NCBI RefSeq assembly: GCF_009834535.1
Contig: NC_045698.1
Location: forward strand, 8,744,001 to 8,808,000
Reading direction: 5' to 3'
Source: Camelus ferus
Lineage: Eukaryota
Length of the DNA stretch: 64,000 nt
Under the pieces are notes generated by a model. That model saw only the letters and a list, made by a program, of their open reading frames with translations, made no database searches and had not been told where the DNA came from. Shown here one piece after another: positions 1 through 12,220 of this stretch; position 1 is the first letter of the stretch; every line of letters begins with the position of its first letter. Both the position numbers and the translations under genes were made by a program.

Positions 1-385
1 GTCAGAAGTCCAGAGTGGATCTCTCTGGGCTGAAATCTAGGTGTCCGCAGGTCTATGTTCCTTCTGGATGCTCTAGGGGAGGGTCTACTTGTTGCCTTTT
101 CAAGCTGCTAGAGGCCACCTTCTTTCCAGGACCCTTGGCCTCTTCCTCCGACTTCAAATCCAGTAGGATAAAAGACACAGAATCATTTTCTGACTTTGAC
201 CTCCTCTTCTGCCTTCCTCTTTGAATTTAAAGGGCCCTTATGATTATGCTGGTCCCACCTGGATAACCCAGGATACTCTCTTTATTTTATGATCATCGGA
301 TTAGCAACCTTAATTCCATCTGCACCCTTGCTGTCTGAAACAGCAGATTCACAGGTTCCAGGATTAGTGTGTGAATATTTTATAG
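1..385 (-). mobile_element. MaLR LTR, MLT1D-like, truncated by the window start
   Basis: Reverse complement matches MLT1 motifs: ctaatcctggaacctgtgaat, tatcctgggttatccaggtggg, cctctagcagcttgaaaaggcaa. Confidence 0.85.
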
Positions 386-673
386 GGGTTTACATTCGTT
401 TAGGTCTTTTAATATGCTGATATCAATCTCAAAGCATTTTTTTGTGGGAGGATTAAATTATGTAATGTTTCTTAAGAATATCTTAATACAAAAGCTAATG
501 ATTTCTTTCTTTCTTATTTTCTTTTTTAAAAAAATTAGGTGAGACTTTCAGAAAAGTTGAGTTAAACTAATATAAAAAGCATTCCACGTTCAAGTCTTTC
601 TTCTGGTTCAAAGGAATTACATCTTGAGGCTCGAAGTCTGCTGCTTTCATTAACTGGGCTTGCTGGGCAATAG

Positions 674-2000
674 TCATTCATGCATAAGATATTTATTGAA
701 TGCTGTTTTCCTCCAGTTTCCCCAGAAGCAGAGCTTGAGATGCTGATTCTACTTTAAGTGATTTACTGAGGGCGGGATCTTTGAGGGGGAAAAGGGGAGA
801 GGAGTAGCGTGTAGCATGGCAGAGAAGAAGCAAGGCAAGAACAGATGTAGGGAGTCAGCTGGATACCGGTTTGATGCTAACCCTTCAGAGAAACACTGGA
901 GCACAAATTGGACAGAATTTTCTTCATCCTGGTTGGCTGGTGCAAGCTGGGCAGACTTCTGTACTGTGCCAGTCAACATTGGCCAAGCCCCACATTTGCT
1001 AGGGAGCGTGGAGCCTCTCAGGTGAGAGTGACGGGACTCCCCAGAGATCAGCAAGCTTTCCTTTCAGCTGGGAGATGGGTGCACTTGCCGGTGGAGAGGA
1101 TGGGGCCGCTGACACCAGCATCCACTGTGAACCCCTCGGAGAAACCAGCTGTTAGTCAAGGCACTGGGTATTTCATAAGAAGCCAGACAAACGAGTCACT
1201 GCCATCCCGGAGCCTGCTCTCTTGGGCTAAGACGGTAAATAAATGCAGAAATTGTGTACTTTTGGGCAATGATAATTGCTGTAAGAAAATGAAGGAGAGC
1301 AATAGGATAGCAGTGATCACATGGAAGTTGGTAGAGCATTTTTTTTCCCACAGAAGTTGTTTCTGGATAATCTATCTCTAAATGGAACATTTGAGCAAAG
1401 ACCGGAAGGATGAGAATGATTCCAGTTCTGGGGACATGTTGGGGAGAGGATGAGTTACAGACCTTCAGCAAATGTAAAGGCCTTGAGGTGGAGATGGGCA
1501 TGCCTACTGATTTATCCTGAGAGGGCTCAACAGTGCTAGAAGAACTGAGGGGTTCACAGGGTCGATGATGTGGGCCTTTGTTGGTCATGGATGTGTGTTT
1601 GGGTTTTTTTCCAAATGTAATGTTGCATATAATGGAAAGCCATTAAAGAATTTCAAGCAAGAGGATTGCATATACAAGATAATTTACAATTTAGAATGTT
1701 CCCTTTAGTGACTGTATAGAGTTGGACTATAGTGAGCAAAGAGTGGAGAGACGAGGAAAAGGAAGGGGGCTTCTAGAGGAGACCGCATGAGAGATGATGG
1801 CCTTGGCCCAGTGTGGACCAGCTTGGTAAAGTGACAAGTGATTAGATGAAGATATATTTTGAAGGCAGAGCATTCTGATGTTTTGGGTGTTGGAGATGAG
1901 GAATGAAAAAGTCAAGTTATGGCAATAACCTAATTGGTTCCACTTGACAAGAGGCTGAAGGCTGGGGAGCAGGTTTGGTGGACATGGCTGGGAACACAGT
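674..2000 (-). mobile_element. L2 LINE 3' portion, interrupted by an LTR at about 704-1135
   Basis: L2 tail cattcatgcataagatatttattgaatgc at 675-703. L2 body motifs resume after about 1140: acatttgagcaaagacc, aaaggccttgaggtgg, gaaagccattaaagaatttcaagca, gatatattttgaaggcagagc. Confidence 0.75.
704..1135 (-). mobile_element. ERVL-type solo LTR (LTR16/LTR33-like) nested in L2
   Basis: ttccccagaagcagagcttgagatgctgattc...aagtgatttactgagg resembles the reverse complement of the LTR16/LTR33 3' end. Confidence 0.6.
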
Positions 2001-2429
2001 GTGTGTCCCCGTACACATAAACTCATATATAAAATATGCATTTTTAATTTAATACTTTTGATTAATTATAAATACATACATATGCATAATTGAGGGATGA
2101 ACTACAGAGGTTATACTGGATGTCCTAGCAAATAAAAAATAAAAGCAAATATCCTGGATTTTGGATTATATAAACTGTTTTGGTTTCGTCGCAATCTCAG
2201 TGTTAACCCTTGACTCCAAGATATTGCCTCCTGCAGGCCATCAGTCTAGGACCCTAAAAAGCACCAGCCAAGTTAAGATTTAAAAGCATCAGCACTCTAA
2301 GATTTTACCACTCCTTCCTTCTCATACACAAAGTTAATTAAATGAGGCAGCCCAGACACCTCAATAATGAATTAATTCTACATTAAGGATTAGCTGTCTA
2401 CGTTTCCAGAATTTATCAAACAAGAAGCA

Positions 2430-2620
2430 ATTTGGTAAAGGGGAAAGGACACTTCATTTGAAGTTCAAAGAACTGAGTCTGACCTCTTTTTCTGGGATGC
2501 GTGACCCTGGCAAGCAAGAGGACCTCAGTTTCTTCATCACTGATTTGTGGTAAGAATATCTGCATTATTTTGCTCAGTGTGAAATAGTTGTAACAGTAGA
2601 TGTGATAAAGTGATTCTTCA
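2430..2620 (+). mobile_element. MIR SINE fragment
   Basis: tgcgtgaccctggcaag...cctcagtttcttcatc MIR core. Confidence 0.6.
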
Positions 2621-3794
2621 TATATATTTATAAAGACACTTCATATATATGTCATTCTATGATGCATCCCCGAACCAATTAGAAGGAGGACACCTCAGAG
2701 AGACCTGGCTCAGTCTCATTTCTCCCTTTGCAGAGTCTTGCTTGACCCATACAGCTGGCTTTCTTTGTGTTTTGGGTCAGACTCCGAGACTGACTGCTTC
2801 CCCACATGGAGATGTCTGCTGATGTTTGAATTGTCTCCTCCACATTCTTGGACCACTTGGTAAATTAACCTTCCTTGGGCTGGGGTGCTTTTTCATTACC
2901 TATCCCCAATGTATCCTTAATGAGTGTGATTTGATAGTGTGATCTGGCTCTAGCCCCAGCAGGTCAAATTTCAAACAGCATCCACACATTGATGTATAAA
3001 TACATCTACATCAAAATTCACAGTGCATGTTCCTTAGGGATACTCAACAGTCTTTGAGAGGGAAGACTCAAGATTCAGACTGTCTGGCTCCATTCCTCAT
3101 GATTACTGTTCAGTCTTGGAAAACTCTCTCTAATCCATTGTGCTCTTTTGTAAAAGGTAAAGATCAGATGTTAAGCACAAAATCAACGATTCTCTTAAAA
3201 GTAGAAGCAGAAAAACTTACACAACCTGAACTGTAAAGAGGAACTTTGCAAGGGTGGTAAACGGAGGTCAGATCAGGAGTCACCGACAGGAACTCCTGCG
3301 TTTAATACATATATTTTTCATGACATGCGAAAGCATTTTCTTTAAGTCCAGAGTACTGAGAAATCACTCATTTCCTTAGACGTCTCAGGGAAAGAGGATT
3401 GGATTATACTCATTTTGTTTTGTTTCAAATTAGAGATGTTGCGTCTTTTATTATAGTTTCTGTTACTTGGCCTAGTTTAGATGACTAACTTGCCAGCAAT
3501 GATCTTGGCTTAACAATCACCATTTTAAAAGAAGATTTTGTGCAAAAAAACATATTGAAGATGAATATACCTCTCCATGTCTATCTTGTATCTATCCATC
3601 AATCATCTCTCCATCCATAGACATGAATAAGGTAATTTTTACTCACATGTGATAGCTTTACTGTGTTTTCTGAGTTTACTTAACAGTTATAATTTCTGGC
3701 CTGTAATTGGAGAACATACCTCCAAAAGCCAAATAAAATGTTCACTTTATAATTTCCATCTGTGTATGAATACTGTTTGTCAGTCATGGGCTTT

Positions 3795-4800
3795 CTTTCT
3801 TTTTTAAAAAAAATCAAGGTATAATTGAGATAAAGTAAAATTCAGATTTTTTAGTTTCATTTTTGTGTTTTGACAGAATTTTGACAGTCAAAAAACCATA
3901 CCATAATCAAGATATGGAATATTTCCATTACACCCAAAATTTCTCTGGTGATTTTTTTCAGTCGTTCTACTGGATGTATTTGGTTCTGCCTTGTGGTTTT
4001 AATTTGCATTTCTTTAGTAACTGATGATGTTGAACAAATTTTCATGTGCTTTTACCCTTTTTTAAAAAATTGGATAGCTTGTTTTCTGATTATTGAATTT
4101 TGAGAGCTCTTTATAAGCCCCTCTCCAGATTTGTGATTTGCCAATATTTTCTCTAATTTGTGTCTGGCTTCTCTGTACAGATTCTTTATAGTGTCATCAT
4201 TTTAAAATAAATTTATCAATTTCATTCTTATGGATTGTGGTTTTTATAAAGCTAAGAAATCTCCACCTACTTACAGTAGATTTTTTCATAGTTTATGTGA
4301 GAAGTTTTATAGTTTTAGATTTTACATATAGGTCTACAGAGCAGCGTGTGTTGATTTTTGTTAAGAGATGAGGTAAGAATCAATGCTCATGTTTTTGTCA
4401 CATGGATATTTAATTGTGTGAGCACCATTTCTTGAACACTATTCTTTCTCCGTTAAATTGGTTTTGGCCCTGGCCAAAAATCAATGTGCAGGTCTATTTT
4501 TGGACACATTATTTTGTTATATTGATCAACATGTGTATCTTTTCCTCATTAGCATACTCTTATTTATTACTGTATCTTTTTTGTTAGTTTTGAAATCAGG
4601 GATAGTTTTATCTTATTTTTTTCAAACTTGGCAGGGCGCCTCTGGTTCATGTGACTTTCAAAATAAAATTCAGAACAAGCTTGTAATTATTTAAAAAAAT
4701 ATATATAGATGTTGCTGGAATATTTATAGGAATTGAAATAAATATACAGGTCAGTCTGGGAAAATATTCACATCTTAATATGTCATCTTCTAATCCAGGG
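3795..4800 (-). mobile_element. Old L1 (L1MB/MC/ME-type) 3' UTR and decayed ORF2 C-terminus
   Basis: ataatcaagatatggaatatttccattacaccc 3' UTR motif. ORF 3857-4045 reads MKICSTSSVTKEMQIKTTR, an L1 ORF2 C-terminal motif. Confidence 0.85.
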
Positions 4801-5495
4801 TGCAGTTCAATTAGAATAAATATTACTATTATGAACATTATTTTTAAAATGATAACAAATAACTTTTGAAGTCTACTTTCTGTTTTGATTACTAAGTACC
4901 ATCCATTCAGTCCCTTGGCTGCCTGGAAAGGCAAAGTGATGGTGGATCTGGGTTTGAATCTTGGCATTTAGATTTCTGGCTAAATAACTGGCAGATAAGT
5001 TTCTTTATCAAGAAGTCAAAGAAGGTGCAAATGCAATGGAGAAAACATTTTTGATCCTAAGGTGGAAGATGTAGTGGTTTCCAGTGGAATGCCTTTTGCC
5101 CACTTTACAAGCTCTACTGAATGTTCACATGGCTGGTTGTAACTGCCATTGTCTAGAACAATGTGAGAGCAGAATCTTCCTTCTAATTCATTTTTGTGTT
5201 GTCCCAGGTGCCTACCAGTGTGATAACCTTGTTGAATAAATTAAAACTCTTTGGTTTGGAATTGAAAATTTACAGGCATCTTAAAAAGTTAATATCGTAT
5301 CGTCACATTGGGATGGTGGTCTCCCTTAATATGTCCTTTCTTCCAGCCACTGGATTCTGCTGTTCCTGAAAACCACTCTCCTCTGGTAACCTCTCCACTG
5401 GCTCTAACTGCTAGTTGAACCAGCCTTCTTTGCTCCAGGCATTGGTCAGAAGTGAGCCATCACTCAACCCAGCCAATCAGGATTTTCTTCACTGG

Positions 5496-5847
5496 TGCTA
5501 TCATCTGAATACTTGGTGAAATTAATATGTTGAAATCATAATCTTGATGATGATGGAATTAGAGGTGAGAAAGGGGCTTTGGGATATAATTAGGTCATGA
5601 GAGTAGAGCTCATGAATGAGATTAGTGGTCTTATAAAAGAGACCTGACAGAGCTCTGTAGCCCCTCCCACCACGTGAGGACACATGGGGAAGTCACAACC
5701 CTGAAGAGGGTTTTCACCAGCATGTGACCATACCGAGGCCTGGGTCTTGGGTTTCCAGCCTCCAGAACTGTAGGAAATAAAGTTCTGTTGTTTATAAGCC
5801 ACCTGGTCGATGATATTTTGTTGTAGTAGCTCAAGTGGACTAAGAGA
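5496..5847 (+). mobile_element. MaLR solo LTR, MLT1A/MLT1A0-like, inserted in an older LTR remnant (about 5330-5940)
   Basis: ttaggtcatgag...gattagtggtcttataaaagaga...ccagcctccagaactgtaggaaataaagttctgttgtttataagccac...ggactaaga. Confidence 0.9.
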
Positions 5848-6169
5848 CCTGAGATTTCCAAATGGGCATGTGGCAGGGGACTTCAGTTTCCTTTCTAGTG
5901 GCCAAGCTGTGCAAAGGTGAGCTGGAAGCTTCTAAAAGCCCCGTTTCCTGAGATATAAAAATGTTGTAATTTAAAATGCAGACTAAGTCAAGCCCCCAAA
6001 ACTTTTAGGACTGTGAATTATGCAGGCAATATTTCAAAATTAAATGGTTAAATGACATTTTGTTATTCCACATGATTCTGCCGATGTGAATTTCTAGACT
6101 AGGTCAAACTAATTTATTTTGATGGAAAGTGGATCTGTGATTTTGTGAAGGGTTGATGGCCAATGGACA

Positions 6170-6706
6170 CACGGGCAAACAAGAGTTAGCGTGGCAGGCC
6201 CCAGCCTCCGGTCTTCACCAGGCCTGCTTGCAAGGTTGGCCCTCGACTGACATCTAGGAATCTGTGTTTCAGGAGGGTTCCTGCCACTCTCTGATAAGAA
6301 TGGTTCACGGGCCTAAACTGGTTTTGCAAATAATTGGTTTATGCTTGACTATCTGCTTTCTTTCTGAAATGCTCATAATTTGCACGTGTGTCTAAGTGCT
6401 CAGCCCCAGTAAAAACCCTGGACACTGGGTCTCCAGTGAGCCTCCTTGGTTGGTAGCGTTACACATGCGTCGTCACAGCGTGCTGCTGGGGGATGAAGCC
6501 CGTCCCGTGTGACTCCACCGACTGAGGGCTCTTGAGAGCTTGCACCTGCCCTCCTCTAGCCATCGCCGTGTGCACCTCTTCCCCTTGCTGATTTTGCTTT
6601 GTGTCCTTTGCTGGAATAAATCACCGCTGTGAGTATGACCATAGGCTGAGTCCTGGGGTCCTAGCAAATCACTAAACTTCGGGGGCAGTCTTGGGGACCC
6701 CTGGCA
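6170..6706 (+). mobile_element. ERVL solo LTR of the MER21/MER77 group, inserted in an old L1 3' UTR (about 6060-6800)
   Basis: aggcctgcttgcaaggttggccct near the start; aataaatcaccgctgtgagtatgac...gtcttggggacccc at the end; L1 3' UTR motifs on both flanks. Confidence 0.8.
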
Positions 6707-7509
6707 AGGCAAAAAAGAACTTTTGATGAGTGTGGTTCAGATGAGTATATTAATTTGTCAAAACTGAATGGTAGACTTAAAATCTGTATATTATACCCTG
6801 CAATATATACTGTAATCTGTAATATACTCTGTATATATTTCCTATACTCTCTCTATATACATATATTTATATATAGTATACATAAGTTTATATATTATGT
6901 GTAAAACCTGTGTAAAAGAGAGAATAATCAGTAAAAATTAAAAAAATTAAGTTAGATGTTCATCTTCAATTCCATGACGCTCCGTCAGAGGAAGTGCTGT
7001 GATGGCAGGAAAAAACGGCAGTGCGAGAATCACAAAGACCGATTATGGCATCATCTGTTGAATCAAGTTAGCAGCTCTGGAAAAGACCTCTGCAGGTTTT
7101 CAACCCCACAAAGTCATGGAAATGATAGCATCTTAGTAGTCCTGATAGACTGTTCCATTTGGCTGGATTGTTATTCAAAAAGGCACCTACTTTGTATTAT
7201 GTTTGAATAAAGGGCATTTTCAATTTCTTTTCTTTTCTTTTCTTTTTTTAAGGTTGGAGATAAGAGGGGTTAGAAGTTGAAAGATATGGCCTGAATTGAT
7301 CAATACCTTTCATACCAGTTTTCCAGCTGCCAAATGGTGGGCATTTCATGATTTCTCAGGATACTGTCCTGGCCATGCCAATCCTTCAAGTGAACAGGAC
7401 CTTGGTGTCCCATACGGGGCTATCTAGCTTTATTATATGAAATGCTTCTTTGCAAACACTAAATGAAATTAAGATAGGTGAATATCCTAGGACAGGTTGT
7501 ACCAGAGTT

Positions 7510-7700
7510 TATTCTTTTAACGGGTATTTCAGTGGGAAAAATGTCCTATCATCAACGAAAGTGAGAATCTTTCCTGCAGGAATTCTAAGAGACATTAATA
7601 TGCTTGTATGAAACGTGACCATTCAAGATAGATCAAGAATGTAGTATTTACCAAACCTTATTTGTCGATCAAACAACTTTTTTTTCCTACAGAACATTCT
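7510..7700. mobile_element. Possible hAT-Charlie DNA transposon remnant
   Basis: tttcctgcaggaattctaagagacattaatatgc and ccaaacttatttg resemble MER103/MER119-type elements; weak match. Confidence 0.3.
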
Positions 7701-10074
7701 CAAGTATAGACTTATGTGGGGCTCTTTTTAGACTATTTTTCTTGAGGAAGAGGGAACACATTCCTAAAGAGAAAAAATAATTGGCCTTATCTCTGATTTT
7801 ATTAAACTCAAAACTTAAAATAGTGTACATTCAAATAAAAAGTTACACACAGATTGAACAGCTACATGATCAAATTAGTATGCTAAATGTGGTGTATTTT
7901 TGTACATTAAAAGACTAGAAACTTAAGTTACCACTAACTTTTAAAACTAAAGCCAGGCAGATGAGAGACTACATTTTAACAGAGTAGATTTCTCATGTCA
8001 CTGAGTTTCGTTAGGTGTGGCAGTGAAGGGTGGGGGTAAGCTTTGCTAATGTCTAAAACCTTCTTCTCATTGGTAAGTATGGTTTAATGAGGAATTTGCA
8101 GGTGTCAGATGGGTTAGCAATAAGGAGATGTTTTCCTGCTGTGTTTGCTTAATTAGGGTGGTCCATCCAGATGTTATCTATGGGTGTAGTAAGAAGTTTC
8201 ACAGGTCACTGAGCAAGAACATGAATTTTCCAGCATCCCTTAGCTGATGCATTTAATTTAAACCACCTCCCGTGATATCTCCCCCTGCCCTCAAATTGTT
8301 ATACGGAACTTTATGTTTCACTATTTTACCAAACAGAAATCTCTAGAACCCAATAATTTTGTATAAACCCAGAGGAAAAAAAATTATTAGTTTAAACATC
8401 AGCTTACCATCCACTGCACCAATGTGTATTTGAAAGAAGCCTCATAAAAATTCAGAGTTAGGGTTGCATATTAGACAGGCAGAATAAATCAAGAGGAAAA
8501 ATAATTTTTTCTTCCTCAGAAAGCCTCAAAAGTCAGTGGGAAATGACAGTGTTGATTAGAAATGTAAGAACCTAGCGATGTCCTGCAAAGTAATGGCTGT
8601 AAACTGCCATGTTTTAACGTCGTATTTTTAAAGTCTTAGGAACTTCTGTGATCCCATGATAAAAGGAAATGGGCCATATTACTTTTAGGTAAATCACTTA
8701 TTTTATGATGCCGGAGATATCTTGGGCATAGTAATGTCATGAATCTATTGAAATAATCATATTCATATACTCCCTAAAATTTCAAAGATGCATAGGTTTC
8801 ATATTTCATTACTACCTTTAACTTCTGAAAGATGAGTTTACATAAATTTTCATCCAGATGAGAGCTACGGATTTCCAGAGATTTGCAGAATGATTAGCTC
8901 AGGAGGAAGTGATGTGTAAGATAACCAAAATGTAGCAATTTGGAGCTTACAAAAGCCCATGCAATCTATAGTACATAGCATGTTTTCCATTCAATTTGCT
9001 AATTCTTTCCAGAAACGTACTGCGGCCTGTGTGACACAAGCCATCGACCTCATCTTTAAGGCATTGAACTGCCTGGAACTGGTGTTCCAGACACTGCCTA
9101 TGCAATGCTTAACTCCACTTAATATTTCTGCATTGAGTAGTGATTATGCAATTTAGCGATTATGGAAATTATGCTATCTTAATGATGAGACAGGTGATGG
9201 ATGCATTTTGGGCGACAGTCTCATATTACTGTCTAGTTTATAACTACCTGTAGACAGGCACAAATTCTCAACATGATAGCCATCAGATTTTTTTTTCAAG
9301 CTATGAAACTTGCAATATACCTCTGCAGTTGCTTAAACGTGAATCTAAACCCACATGAGAAGGTGGACACAGTCTCTCTTGAATTCTCAATATGGAAATC
9401 AGGTTGTATTGTCTTTTATTAATTGCAGGAGAGACTTTTTCACTCATTATTTCATTTATTTGATAACATACAGTGGTATCTAGAAGCTTTCTGCTACTTG
9501 GTGAGAACATCTATACTACCCTTTGGAAATGCAAGTTCTGGAGGTGGTCATTACATTGGCAAATTTACAAGATTACAGTTCTCCAGTAACTAAATCAGAG
9601 TTCTGTTCTGCCAGAGTGGTACCTCTGATGGGTATCAATTTAGTCAGAGGATCCTAGCCTAAAGAGAGAAACTACATTTGGAATTACTTCACATCATGCT
9701 AATTAGCTATGCTATGTGGTTATAGGCACATTAAGACATTTTTTAAAGAATGATGTAATTGGATAAGTGTGTTTGTGTCTGAACAAGAATTTAAGGCAAT
9801 CCATCAATCTTCATAATGTCAGAAAATTGGATTATAGCAGGGATAAAACAGCTCTACTGCACACTAATGTAGCTGTCTTTATCATGCATAGCGACACACT
9901 GAAATGTCCAGAAAAGAGCTACCGCTCACACATACCTGGAAGAAACTCAGATTGTTCAAGTGTCGGCTCCCCTGTAAGGAGCATTTTCCTTTGTGCTCTC
10001 GTATTACATGATATGTAATTTAAAATAAAGAACTTTTTTCTACCAAATTTTGATGATCGGTTTGGCTGTTTTCC

Positions 10075-10230
10075 TCCACAACTACATTGTGAATTATTTA
10101 AGAGAAAGACTGATCTTAATTTAATTTAATTTAACTTAATTCATTTTTTAAAATTTCAGCAACAAACACAGTGCCTGGACCTAGAAGGTGGCAAGTAAAT
10201 GTAAACAGCCAAATGGAAAGATGGATGGAT
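10075..10230 (+). mobile_element. L2 3' end fragment
   Basis: cacagtgcctggacctagaaggtggcaagtaaatg...gatggatgga, the L2 tail pattern. Confidence 0.55.
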
Positions 10231-10729
10231 CACAATACTATTGTGACTGTCAATTGTCAATACTATCATAAATGTATATACATATTACGTATACATATAT
10301 ACATATTAGTATTTCTATGTGTGACAATTTCAGAGTATGCTATTCAATGAAGAACAGACTTGTTGGATATAAGCAACACTACCAGTTTTAAGAAAACGTA
10401 ATTCTTAAAATTCAGTTTGACTCTGAATTTTGATTAATCATTTTTGCATTTAGCAATTTCTGCTACTTTTTCTAATTCCACCAGTCTTCCAAATGCTTTC
10501 ATCACTGTGACGTACATAAATGAACAAAGAAACAAATAATCGCCAATCCTTTTAGTTTTATAAAGTGGACACAGAGTATTGATCCTGAATGTAAAGAATT
10601 CCTCTATTGTCTAAAATAAATCTTATGAAGAGTGTTTAGTGCTTATTTCATTATTATTCAAAATTCATCACATGTTAAGACATTTAAACTCAGTCTGTCA
10701 CACAGAAGGGCAGTACTCTTGATTCTCAA

Positions 10730-10766
10730 AGTCACTGCCAATCAGTATTAGTCACTGCCAATCAGT
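10730..10766. repeat. Direct repeat of AGTCACTGCCAATCAGT, 20-bp period
   Basis: Identical 17-mers at 10730-10746 and 10750-10766. Confidence 0.95.
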
Positions 10767-11329
10767 TGAGAGAAAAATAATTGAGATGATTGGGCTGAAA
10801 TACATCTAATCCTCCAGATGATTTAAAGTATAATTGTCTATTAAACCAGATTTAAAAAAAAGACTAATGGAGCAATTTCATATTGAATTTCTTCTGTCCT
10901 GTATAAACACACACCCACACACACAAGTGCACGTACCCTGAAATATTTTTACTGAATTAATGTTGAGTGTAAAGCCATACGTTTATGTTACATTTTGGTG
11001 CACTTTATAATTGACTCTGGTTTGAGAATCTGTTTAAGGACAGCCCTTGCTAATTAAATCCATTTTGTTGCTGCCCTTACTGTACGGGAGGCACAGTTCT
11101 GAGCACGTGGTGTTCCTCAGGGATCAAGACCAAGTCCCAGTGGCATTGGGCACCTGCTCTTTATTAATCCAGGTGCTTGGAGACAGACCTCTGTTATAGT
11201 AAACATATTGTATATTGTCCAGACTGGTGCCATTCTGAGCGTTGAGTGAGGCGCTATTAATAACAGGGTAGCTGGTGTTCAGTGGGATATAAAGCTGCGT
11301 CACCTGTGGGCAGTATTTCATGATGGGTG

Positions 11330-11550
11330 AGTGAGTCTTGGATCGGACTGCCTTGGTTACTCTCTCTGGTCCACTCCTTGGTAGCTGTTTTCCCATCAGA
11401 GCTATAAATGCTAACTAACCCTCAGTTTTGTATATAAAATGGGATTAAGCTGATACAGTCTTACATTTTGTGAAGATCGAAGGAGACGGTGTATGTAACA
11501 CGGAACCATACATAGGATAGATACGTTAAGCATTCCATGATTGTTAGCTA
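11330..11550 (+). mobile_element. MIR SINE
   Basis: cctcagttttgtatataaaatgggat core and ttgttagcta tail. Confidence 0.65.
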
Positions 11551-12029
11551 CATGTATAAATCATAGTTTTACTCACAAGCAATAGTTTTGTTTTTTTCTT
11601 TTTTTGTTTTGCCCTGACACACATGAACCTGTGCTATAGGCATAACTGATACACATTCATTTGTCCTTCTTTAAAATGTTTGTTTTCTTTATCATCCCTA
11701 TAAGAACTGAATAAAACCTACATAATTTGATCACTTCTACATTCTGTTCCCTAATTAACATTTTCTAAAAGGACGTCTCTCACTAACAGGTGTTTTCTGG
11801 CTTTGTGTATTATTTTTATATAGCTGTCGGAAACATTTCATGGTGTAGAGAGCCAATTCTGTACATTATGACTTATTAAATATCTGGTCAGTTACCACCA
11901 CCACATGTTCCTTTAATATTTGTTAATATTTTAGATGTCTGTAATTTTTTAACTACTGCAGTTGGGGTTATGATGCAGATAACAGTAACACTGTGTTTTT
12001 CCTCATCTCACCCAGAATTGCTTCTCCAA

Positions 12030-12220
12030 TCAATTGCTTCCTTCTGGAAGACGCTTCACTATATGTGTCAAATATATATGTAGTGTTTCCACCAGGATGT
12101 CAGCTTGATAACTGAAGAGCCCTTGTTTCTTGTCCATGGCTGTGTCCGTATCTCCGGCAGGAGTGAGTGCTTGTTTTCCAGGAAGAGCTGAATACAATCT
12201 AAGTGGATGTTGAATAAACA
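12030..12220 (+). mobile_element. L2 3' end fragment
   Basis: caccaggatgtcagctt...cttgtccatggctgtgtcc...gttgaataaa. Confidence 0.5.

Noticed and set aside
908..1588. 157-aa and 130-aa ORFs
   Set aside because: They span an LTR/L2 junction and resemble no protein I know.
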